Shown in pieces: positions 1 to 8,765 of a DNA stretch of 64,000 bases (the stretch's first letter is position 1; each line of letters begins with the position of its first letter). Origin of the DNA: Candidatus Anstonellaceae archaeon (GTDB taxonomy: Archaea; Micrarchaeota; Micrarchaeia; Anstonellales; Anstonellaceae); the NCBI GenBank assembly GCA_038887295.1, contig JAWAKW010000001.1, forward strand, positions 366,359 through 430,358. Reading direction: 5' to 3'. A program made the position numbers and the translations under genes. The notes below the pieces were generated by a model, which was not told where the DNA came from, did not search any database, and saw nothing but the letters and a program-made list of their open reading frames with translations.

Positions 1-784
1 ACATCGGCAATACTATATAGGCTGACAAAGCAATAGCAATAAGCAATCCCCCCAACTTTCTTGTAAAGTACGGTATTCTTAGAATCAGCCCAATCGATAT
101 CATTACTGGGAAGAAAGCATACCATAAGTAATCCAGCACTATCTGCTGAGCTCTTGCCAGCATCATCAATTTGATGGAAATGTCAAATATTGAGGAAAAT
201 AAATCAGCAACCAAAGAAAGCCCTGCAAAAGGGGAGATATTCAGATTGCCTTGTCGCTCATCAAGAATTGAAGTGCTGCTGAAAGCCAAGTTGGAAAGGA
301 ACGCGTAGTTCCAATAATTTTTCAATGCAGTAAACGCAGTCATCCGTGCAGTTTCATAAAGAGTCTGCAAATAATCACTTGCAAGCTCTATATGGCAAGC
401 TCTTCTTCTGTCTATTGGGCAATTGGCTCCGCTTGGGCAGCAAACAGTATTGACATAGGTGTCCCAAGCACCGGTGGTGTCATCGCTTATGTGGCTTAAG
501 TTCATCAGCCACTCATCCACTACCGAAACTAGTCCCACTGTGAATATCAAAATTATCAAAGAAAATGCAGTCTGCCAAACCTCTTTTTTCACCCACACCC
601 TCAGCTTTTCATCACCAGTGGCCGCAGCTACAAAATACCCAATTGCAAGCAAAAGGATAACTGTAGCAACTGCAATCCCAACAAGCGATTCCCATCCCCA
701 TACCCACACGCTTCTGCTAGGTTGGGCATAAGTTAGGCTAACCAAAGCGATGCATACGAACATTGCCAACCTTTTCAAATTCAT
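1..784 (-). CDS. Polytopic membrane protein, paralog 1 of tandem family (runs off window start)
   Basis: Not in the ORF track; translated by hand from ATG 784: MNLKRLAMFVCIALVSLTYAQ...GYFVAAATGDEKLRVWVKKEVWQ...ASDYL...AQQIVLDY...GLILRIPYFTRKLGGLLIAIALSAYIVLPM. No stop before position 1. Shares motifs with the next two ORFs. Confidence 0.85.
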   Translation of the reverse strand, partial: MNLKRLAMFVCIALVSLTYAQPSRSVWVWGWESLVGIAVATVILLLAIGYFVAAATGDEKLRVWVKKEVWQTAFSLIILIFTVGLVSVVDEWLMNLSHISDDTTGAWDTYVNTVCCPSGANCPIDRRRACHIELASDYLQTLYETARMTAFTALKNYWNYAFLSNLAFSSTSILDERQGNLNISPFAGLSLVADLFSSIFDISIKLMMLARAQQIVLDYLWYAFFPVMISIGLILRIPYFTRKLGGLLIAIALSAYIVLPM

Positions 785-785
785 G

Positions 786-1706
786 TTATCCCAGCTTTTG
801 CCCTATGAATTTTGTGAAACTTTTGATAAAGGCTATGGTAATTGTGATTGAAAGGGCAGGCAAGAAAAGCGCCTGCAGCAGTAGATAGGAGAATGACAAA
901 AACGGATAGAAAAAAGTCTTTACATAGCTATATAGCCCGAACTCTGTCGTTTCTGTTGTGAAATTGGGGTATCTGCTGAGCATATAATCATCTATATTTG
1001 GAAGCGACGTGGTGGAAAAGGTGTTAGTCAACATGAAGTTGACTACATATCGGTGCATTACATAGGTGTAAGGGAATATTATGCCGAAGCCTATTGCAGT
1101 TGCAATAAGGAAAGCGCTTGCATCCCTCAACGGAGGAAATATTCTGGTTAGAACAGCTGCAGGCAGCAAAAATGGCAAAAGCATCCCTCTTATTGCCTCA
1201 AGGATAATCTGTTGTGTCAGAAGGCTTGCAATAAAAGGCATGGTTATTATGGAAAGGTAGCTGAATACCTTCTCTATCACTGGTGCAGAAGGGAAAGCAG
1301 GCAATATCGTACCCCATGCGCCGGGTCCCCACCTCATTGACCATGCTCCCCAATATTGGTATCTTAATTCTGCAGCCTTGAAAAATACAGCAACCTTTAG
1401 CCCTACATTCTGACTAATATCATTCAAATAATCCCTTCCAATCTCATAGGGGTCAGCACCAGCAAACATTTCTGCCATCTCGGCTGCAAAACAGGTTGCC
1501 CCAAACAAGCCGATAAACAATATCGCAGATACAAACAACTGGTAAATTTCAATTGAAGTGAATGCCTCATATTCTGGCTTGCGGAAAAGCGAGGCACTCA
1601 TATAAGAAATTACAAGGACTGAAATCATGGTTGCAAGCGCAAGGCCCGCTGTAGCAAAAATCACGTTGTACAAAAATGCAGGATCTGCACACAATGGCAT
1701 CCTCAC
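786..1706 (-). CDS. Polytopic membrane protein, paralog 2
   Basis: 306 aa with several hydrophobic helices; motif LTRIFPPLRDASAFLIA...IIFP; start overlaps the stop of the upstream paralog. Confidence 0.85.
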   Translation of the reverse strand: MRMPLCADPAFLYNVIFATAGLALATMISVLVISYMSASLFRKPEYEAFTSIEIYQLFVSAILFIGLFGATCFAAEMAEMFAGADPYEIGRDYLNDISQNVGLKVAVFFKAAELRYQYWGAWSMRWGPGAWGTILPAFPSAPVIEKVFSYLSIITMPFIASLLTQQIILEAIRGMLLPFLLPAAVLTRIFPPLRDASAFLIATAIGFGIIFPYTYVMHRYVVNFMLTNTFSTTSLPNIDDYMLSRYPNFTTETTEFGLYSYVKTFFYPFLSFSYLLLQALFLPALSITITIAFIKSFTKFIGQKLG

Positions 1707-3091
1707 ACCAGTTTGCTTATTCCAAAAATCTTTGTTTCACCGCCTATGAGCAAAGCAAAATCTTTCAGAAGAGTCAATGTTATCACAATCTCATTGACCA
1801 AAAACAAAATGGCTATCATAGCAAAGTGCATCGTATCTTCTACAACGACTTCTACTAATTTTATCATCGCAACGGTTGCTTCCTTTGGATGGGGAAATAG
1901 GAATGCATCCCAGTCCCTTAATATAATTGCCCCTCTTCTCTTTAGCTCTTGCCATGCCTCATCCGCTCTTCTTTCAGTTTTGGTCCACTGCTCAGAGCTT
2001 GCACTTCCGCGGGCGTATATTTCAAGAAAAGTCGTTTCCTGCCTTTTTGCGTGCTGCTCAAGTATCCTATTCACCTCATCTGGGCTTTTGCCGTAACAAA
2101 TAGAAAAAATAGAGGAATATTGCGAAAAGTCTGTCAGCGGAGAGGCGCAGACCTTTGTTCCTGAAGAGTCGTATCTGCAATTGAATGAGCAGCAATCAGC
2201 ATCTGTATTACATGTTTGGTCATTGGTTAGGCACTGCGGACCACTTGGCTGAGGTTGCGGGTTTGCAATCATCTCCCATATTTGCTGGTTTATCAGTATG
2301 CTGATTGGATAGATGAAGTAGCCGGCAAAAACCACTGCAATTATAGTTGAGCCAGTTTTGCGGGTAAGTGGGAAAGCTCTCAGCATCAGCCCAAAAGGCA
2401 AAAAGACACTCAAAGCCGTCTCTTCAATAAAAATGAGCAGGATTTTTTGTGCCATCACGCTTGCTATAATTGCACCCAATATGTCCACAAGAAGGGTGTG
2501 AGCATCATTAAGGGGGACAGTCCCTATCCATGGGGCAACAGATATATCCAACTTAATGAATGGATAAAATATAGGCAAAGAAAATCCGGTAACAAGACCG
2601 GAAAGTATACCTATAAACATCTCGCTTAGCATCAGTGAGTTGTACCCCAAAGTAAGTTTGTTGAGCATTACCCCCTCTGCCACCACCGGATAAGGGAAAA
2701 TCATTAACTTTGGGCGGCAGCCAAGGAAATAGTCCGCCTGAGCATACGCCAAATTCCCATTTTCCCATTTCCCGTTTCTAAATGGGCCGTGCTTTGCAGC
2801 CCACTCAGGGCAGACTCTGTCAGGCGGAACGCCCTGCAAATTAAACCCCTCTGCAACAAAATCAAATATCCCGCCTGGAGTTGCAAGCAGAAAGGCAAGC
2901 AGAAGCACTATTGCACTTACAACCAGCTCTGAGGCTTCTGCCTTCGCGAAGGCTTTGAGGGCAGCATTTGAAAAAAACTCCCCTGCCATAAAAGAAAGGA
3001 CAATTATCCCAATTGCCACTGCGAAGGCAAAAAAGATATACTCGTAAAATGGGGACTGCTGGATTATCACTGCAAGCAAATACTCAAGCAT
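1703..3091 (-). CDS. Polytopic membrane protein, paralog 3, with a Cys-rich knottin-like loop
   Basis: 462 aa; motif LMLRAFPLTRKTGSTIIA...FIYP; C-x6-C-x5-CC-x3-C-x9-C insert. Confidence 0.85.
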   Translation of the reverse strand: MLEYLLAVIIQQSPFYEYIFFAFAVAIGIIVLSFMAGEFFSNAALKAFAKAEASELVVSAIVLLLAFLLATPGGIFDFVAEGFNLQGVPPDRVCPEWAAKHGPFRNGKWENGNLAYAQADYFLGCRPKLMIFPYPVVAEGVMLNKLTLGYNSLMLSEMFIGILSGLVTGFSLPIFYPFIKLDISVAPWIGTVPLNDAHTLLVDILGAIIASVMAQKILLIFIEETALSVFLPFGLMLRAFPLTRKTGSTIIAVVFAGYFIYPISILINQQIWEMIANPQPQPSGPQCLTNDQTCNTDADCCSFNCRYDSSGTKVCASPLTDFSQYSSIFSICYGKSPDEVNRILEQHAKRQETTFLEIYARGSASSEQWTKTERRADEAWQELKRRGAIILRDWDAFLFPHPKEATVAMIKLVEVVVEDTMHFAMIAILFLVNEIVITLTLLKDFALLIGGETKIFGISKLV

Positions 3092-3194
3092 ACCTTTTCC
3101 CTTAGTTTTTGTTGGGCATTGATTACTTAAACTATTTGGTTGGTTCTCAGAAAGGCACAGATTTATATACGCTGAGAATCAAAAGTGATCATTG

Positions 3195-6100
3195 ATGAAC
3201 TTCAGTGGCATTTTCCACAGCAAAGCCCCACTAATTTTGCTAGCTTTGCTTCTCTCTCCCTCCCTTTTATTCTCCTTTGAAACATTAAGCGAGGGCAAAT
3301 TCAAGACTATCATCGATTTGGAATTAGATAACAAAACCGTGATTGCAAAGATTACCTATGTCAATCTCAGCTATTACACCAAGCCGCTGCCACAAAACTA
3401 TCCGAATTTGGACAGAAGACTTACTACCTTGCCACAAGAGTTTTTCAAGCAACCATCAAGGCCTTATTCTGAGGACTACTTTAGTTTTGAAAAGAAAAAC
3501 CTTTCCAATGCCTCGCTTTTTTTCACAGTAATTGCAGGAGCAAGTGAATTCAGAGTGGCTAATGAGAACGGGCAAGAAATCTGTTTTCCTGCAAATAAGA
3601 CTGATGAGGCTGGAAGAACAAATTGCACAGTTTCGCATTTTCTGAATGCATCCGGACAGCCCCAGCCGATCGATTCTTTGCCAAATTGCGCATTAGTCAA
3701 AGTGGTCTTCAACGGAATGTTCAAGGATGGGGTGGAATACAAAGCCAGCACGCAGACGATCATGGTTTGCCCTGCCTTCAGCCCTGCTCTTTCAAAATTA
3801 GGGCTTGCCACTGCGTTGGTGCTTTCCTCAAATTCAAATTCCTGGATTTGCTTCCCATTAATCCTGATCCTTTCTCTTCTTATAGCAGGAATGTATTATT
3901 CTGGAAGGAATCCGCTTTCCCTTTTTGATTTAACTACTCCTAAGCTGCCGCAGGGAAAGCATGCCAAGATGAAATCCAAAGCATCCCCGCAAATGATTCG
4001 CTCTATTGCACGAAAATATGCGCAAATCCAGCTCAGGGCAGCAGCGCACGCAGCCAAACTGGCTGCTGTGGCTGCCAAAGCAAAAGGCAAAGACATGGGG
4101 CTAGAAAAAAAAGAAATCGGACGCAGAGCAAGAGAGGCAAGAAAGCGGACCGAAGAGCTCTTTCGCGACATCAAGCACACGTTGGGTCACACTAAAACTG
4201 GGCTCTCAGATGCTCAAATAGCAGAATTCCAAAGGAGGCTCGCAGCAATATTTGGAGATGCACCCCAAGGAAGAAGAGCATTTGCAATCTGGAAAAAAAG
4301 CATTGAGGCAGCACTGCCTTTTGTGCAGCTTTACAATGCAGCCTATCAAGCATACAGCCTCACTGCAGAAGGCCGAGGCACTTCCAACTCATTCATCTCA
4401 CGAAAAGTAGTCACCCCCCTATTTAATACTCTCACCAAAAAAAGTGTATGGCTGGAGGAGCTTAAGGGGGTGAGGGCATCTGGGAAGATTCCGCTTATCA
4501 AAGCCCCTTTGAATACTCTGACAAAGGCTTTTGATGTGACTGCTCAGCACCGCTCCTCGCGCGTATCTGCCGTAAATCTAAGAAGAGAAATACTTGGCGG
4601 AATCTTTTATACTATTTTAAACAGGTTGAACATGCTGGATAAGGTAGGCTCAGCAATAAGAGGCTCGCCTATAGAAAAATTCTTCAAATTCACCCACAAC
4701 TGGACATTTCAGAATTTTGTTGAAAAACACGACTTATACACCAAAAAATTCCGTGAGCTTTACGACCCGGTAGAAAATATCCGCAATCTCACGATTATAT
4801 CGTCCAAGATTTTATATGACAATGCCATCATAGCATTGAGTCTTTGGCTTCCAACAAAGGCAACAATGAGTGAAATTTTGAATTCCTTAAAAGTAGAAAC
4901 AGAGAAGAGGAGTTTGCATGAGCAAAGGCTTATATTGGAAGGACTTTTGAAAGACCTCCAAGAAGGAAGGTATATCTCACGTACTAAATTAAAGAGTGTC
5001 TTAGATAGGATAGATATTTCACCGTCAGATCGCAACTTTATCTTAACCGCCATCAGTCTGCAAAGAAAGTGGAGTGAAATAGAGAGGCGAATCTTAGAAA
5101 TCATGAACGCTCAATTTGCCACTTATGCAGATAGGGTAATGGCATTATACTCATTGATGAAAGAGTACAATCTTGACAAGATAAAAGGGCGCGAGCCACT
5201 TAATCTAACTGACACTCTTCAAAAATGGAAAGAACATGAAGAAAGATTGATTAGAGGAATTATGCTTGCCAGGCTTGAAGGAGGAGTTTACAAGCCCATC
5301 ACATGGAACGATATACGCAACGACATGAGGAATAATGTTTCTGAAGATGAGATTAGAAGAAAATATTCAGGCATTCTCAACCAAAATGAATACAAGAATA
5401 GAATTAACGCTTTGCGCAACTATATATTGCTTGCCCAAAATGAAGATGATTTAAGAAGAAGAACTGTCAACTGGATTTTGGAGATTCGTGATGAGTTAAA
5501 CCGCAAACTTGGCAGTGCAGACAGAACAGACACATTATCCCTTCTTCGCTCCAACTTTGTTGGCACAAACCCAACTGCAGAATTCCTTAACAGAAGATTA
5601 AGAGAACTCGGAGTTAATGTTTCTGTAAGGAACTTGGACGAGTTTGAAATCTTCTTCTTCAGAGGTACAATGGCAGAGCAGATGCGCGCCAACCTTGAGC
5701 AGGCAGCGAGGGCCAGAGGACTAAACATGTCTGTAGACGAGATTTTAAGAAGGCTTTTGTCTGACACTCTCCACTTCCAGATGGCCTACAATGTTGCAAT
5801 CGTGAGGATAAATGACTTGATTTCTGGCAAACCTGAAGACAGAAGAAGAGTGTTTTCGGATGCATTTGGGATTGATGCAGAAAGGCGCGTTGCCCAGATG
5901 ATTAAAGCCCATGAGCAATTGGAATATGCATTTCAAAGGAAAGTTTTCAATTATACAAACTATGATTTGAGCACTGAGAAGCTTTTCAACTTGGTTCGAG
6001 CCTCTGACCGGGCAACCGCGTTTTTCGTTTGGGGTTCGCAAAGAGGCGGAACCAATGCAGAAATTGGCATGGGGCTCTTGAATTCAGCCCTAAGACAAAA

Positions 6101-8765
6101 CGCAGAGGCAATCGGGATATTGCGCGCCTTCTACAATAATTTAACTAATCCTTCAAGCAAATTCTATGATGCGCGTTTTGCCGCCAACGTAAGAGGAAAT
6201 TTTGTTTCTGACTACCAAGCACTTCTTGATAGAGGATATAACTTCACTGACTTACGTAATGGTGTGGGCCTCCTTTTGAGTGGAGACAAGAGGGGTAATT
6301 TGCCCTTTGTGGAATACGACCGCAACATCCTTTCCAAGCTTGGCTACTCAAGTGAAATTGTCCGGAAAGGGGAAGTCCGCGACCTCGCTCCTCTCTTGGC
6401 CAGATTGTCTGAATCATTTTACATAAACCTTCCTACCGGCGTTGTGATTCTGACAAAACATGTCGATTCGGCAGGAAGAACTAGCTGGCTTTACGGCTCT
6501 CCGCTAAAGGACAAGACAGTTGCAGCACTTTACAATCAAGCAATCCAGGATCCCACCTATACGAGAACTTCAGAATTATCAAAGGCTCTCGCAGGATTCG
6601 ACAGAGATGGGAATTATAATCCTCTTTTGCAGTCTATAAAAGTTATTGCTGCGAAAGATTTGCAGGAGATGAAAAACAATCCGAACAATTTTTTCGGTCA
6701 TATCTCTTGGACAGAAGGAGTCAAAAACAGGATAAGAACAGGCCTTCACAAGCTTGGTGAGCTGTTTGGAGAAATGTATTATGCAGGCACAAATTGGCGT
6801 GCAACCAAGCTTGAAGGGTGGTATGCTGCCCAATATCAAATGCGCATGATCTTGGACTCCTACGAGCGCTCAATTAATACTTACATGACCTCTGGCAAAG
6901 GGCGCTTTGATCCCTCAAACTATATAAGGAATATGGAAGAGGAGGCAAAAAATTCCCAGGATCCTGTCAGACTCCTGATTGCACAAACAATGTATAAGCT
7001 AGACAGAGGAAATGGAACAAAGCTTGAAACGCTTCGTGCCACCTGGGAAGGCTTCAAGCGCAATATTGCCTCAAAAATTGTTACAGAGGTTGCAGAAGCA
7101 GAATCTGCATTCTATTCTGCCAAGCTGGAGATGCGTGCGATTGAAAAGTTAAGAAAAGAAGGGGCAATCACAGACACCGAATACCGCAGCCTCCGCTCTG
7201 AAGCACTGTCCAAAATACAACATTTCAAGTCAGAATGGAAAGAACTGAAGCATGAGTACAAAGACTATAATCAGTCTGCAAGATACTGGGCAAGCAGCCA
7301 TGACAATGTTTATGGAACAAGCAGGAACATATTCACAGCATTTAGCCCTCTTGCAGCCATTTTTGACAGCAAGTTCGTCCAAGGTGCAAAATATGACTTC
7401 TACTGGATTACAGAATCCAGCGCAATGAGGGACCCGCGCACAGCCACTGGCGCAGGCTTTGGCCTTGACTATTCATTTTATGTAGGTTATCAAACCGGTC
7501 AGACAGTCTATGAACGCTCCAGATTCTACATGACCAATGCACTGTGGGAAGAACAAAACCGCATCCCACTTATTTTTTCATACGCAGTCCATAAGTGGTT
7601 CTATGCGCCAGTAAGCCAAGCATTCCGTGACAGAAGTCACTACCCGTCATATCTTGAGATGGATGCCATTTATCCAGGAAGGATGCATGATGACAGCAGG
7701 CGTGGTAAACATGATCTGCTTTTCCCCACCCTCCTTGCTCCCTTGCGAAAGCACTACAGCTCAGATTTCTGGCGGACAAGGTTTCAGGCTCTGCTTGACT
7801 ATTCTGGAGCTTCCTCATTTATAGGTGCATATCTTGACACAACACCAAAGGATTCATTCACCCGCACAATGGCAGAAAAGCTGTTTACCCCAAGCCCGCA
7901 CTATTCTACTGAAGCTCGGTTTATTCTTTCGCAGCGGACGCTTGACCAGTTCAGGAAGCTTGATGAGGCAATTGAAAAATTCAGCGAGGTAAGAGAAGCA
8001 TGGCATCAATATATTACGTCACCTGACGGCTCAGATGAGCAGCGAAAGGCATTAGATGTGATTTCAAAATATGTAGAAATACGTGACAGAAGGCCTTGGG
8101 GAGTTCAGCGTGCTGTTTCGGGTTCAGATATGGATGAGGACGGCTCCAGAAACCGTTTCATGAACCTTTATATCGGCTTTCACCAAAACATTTGGAAGCC
8201 AGTGGTGCCAGGAATGATGGATTTAGATCCGATAACTGGAAAATGGCGTGCCTTCCCCCAGGTTGCCGCAGTAGTTGACCGCGCAAAAGAAGAAACTAAA
8301 TTGGACAACTTGCGCCACTTCAATATCGCGCGCTTTGATGAAAGCACTGGTAGGTTGGTTTGGGAAGACCAGCTGCATACTCATGATGATGCCTCAAGGG
8401 AAGTATACAAGCGTGAAAGTACCACCCTCATTCACTTAATAAAATACCAAAACGAGATGCTGACTTATAGCTTGACAAACACTCCCTCCACCATCTTCAT
8501 GTCGCCTACCATTCGTTTAGGCCAAGTTATCTTAGGCCACACCATTTTATCTACAACTTACATTCCTCAAACGATCTTTACTGAAATGGTATTGTCACCA
8601 GTACGAAAGCTGCAGCGTACCGGCCTGATATTGAAGAATAACATACAAGACTTAGTTGACAGCGTCTCCTTCTGGAGAGAAACCAGCTATGAAAAACTTT
8701 CAGAAGAGGCATTGAGGGAAGGTCTGGAAACATATCGTGTATTGAGGGGAAGACGATCAATATGA
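3195..8765 (+). CDS. Giant membrane-anchored protein of unknown function (~1856 aa)
   Basis: N-terminal signal peptide, ~170-aa Cys-containing domain, hydrophobic segment at about aa 200-236, then a ~1600-aa charged, probably helical region. Confidence 0.85.
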   Translation: MNFSGIFHSKAPLILLALLLSPSLLFSFETLSEGKFKTIIDLELDNKTVIAKITYVNLSYYTKPLPQNYPNLDRRLTTLPQEFFKQPSRPYSEDYFSFEKKNLSNASLFFTVIAGASEFRVANENGQEICFPANKTDEAGRTNCTVSHFLNASGQPQPIDSLPNCALVKVVFNGMFKDGVEYKASTQTIMVCPAFSPALSKLGLATALVLSSNSNSWICFPLILILSLLIAGMYYSGRNPLSLFDLTTPKLPQGKHAKMKSKASPQMIRSIARKYAQIQLRAAAHAAKLAAVAAKAKGKDMGLEKKEIGRRAREARKRTEELFRDIKHTLGHTKTGLSDAQIAEFQRRLAAIFGDAPQGRRAFAIWKKSIEAALPFVQLYNAAYQAYSLTAEGRGTSNSFISRKVVTPLFNTLTKKSVWLEELKGVRASGKIPLIKAPLNTLTKAFDVTAQHRSSRVSAVNLRREILGGIFYTILNRLNMLDKVGSAIRGSPIEKFFKFTHNWTFQNFVEKHDLYTKKFRELYDPVENIRNLTIISSKILYDNAIIALSLWLPTKATMSEILNSLKVETEKRSLHEQRLILEGLLKDLQEGRYISRTKLKSVLDRIDISPSDRNFILTAISLQRKWSEIERRILEIMNAQFATYADRVMALYSLMKEYNLDKIKGREPLNLTDTLQKWKEHEERLIRGIMLARLEGGVYKPITWNDIRNDMRNNVSEDEIRRKYSGILNQNEYKNRINALRNYILLAQNEDDLRRRTVNWILEIRDELNRKLGSADRTDTLSLLRSNFVGTNPTAEFLNRRLRELGVNVSVRNLDEFEIFFFRGTMAEQMRANLEQAARARGLNMSVDEILRRLLSDTLHFQMAYNVAIVRINDLISGKPEDRRRVFSDAFGIDAERRVAQMIKAHEQLEYAFQRKVFNYTNYDLSTEKLFNLVRASDRATAFFVWGSQRGGTNAEIGMGLLNSALRQNAEAIGILRAFYNNLTNPSSKFYDARFAANVRGNFVSDYQALLDRGYNFTDLRNGVGLLLSGDKRGNLPFVEYDRNILSKLGYSSEIVRKGEVRDLAPLLARLSESFYINLPTGVVILTKHVDSAGRTSWLYGSPLKDKTVAALYNQAIQDPTYTRTSELSKALAGFDRDGNYNPLLQSIKVIAAKDLQEMKNNPNNFFGHISWTEGVKNRIRTGLHKLGELFGEMYYAGTNWRATKLEGWYAAQYQMRMILDSYERSINTYMTSGKGRFDPSNYIRNMEEEAKNSQDPVRLLIAQTMYKLDRGNGTKLETLRATWEGFKRNIASKIVTEVAEAESAFYSAKLEMRAIEKLRKEGAITDTEYRSLRSEALSKIQHFKSEWKELKHEYKDYNQSARYWASSHDNVYGTSRNIFTAFSPLAAIFDSKFVQGAKYDFYWITESSAMRDPRTATGAGFGLDYSFYVGYQTGQTVYERSRFYMTNALWEEQNRIPLIFSYAVHKWFYAPVSQAFRDRSHYPSYLEMDAIYPGRMHDDSRRGKHDLLFPTLLAPLRKHYSSDFWRTRFQALLDYSGASSFIGAYLDTTPKDSFTRTMAEKLFTPSPHYSTEARFILSQRTLDQFRKLDEAIEKFSEVREAWHQYITSPDGSDEQRKALDVISKYVEIRDRRPWGVQRAVSGSDMDEDGSRNRFMNLYIGFHQNIWKPVVPGMMDLDPITGKWRAFPQVAAVVDRAKEETKLDNLRHFNIARFDESTGRLVWEDQLHTHDDASREVYKRESTTLIHLIKYQNEMLTYSLTNTPSTIFMSPTIRLGQVILGHTILSTTYIPQTIFTEMVLSPVRKLQRTGLILKNNIQDLVDSVSFWRETSYEKLSEEALREGLETYRVLRGRRSI

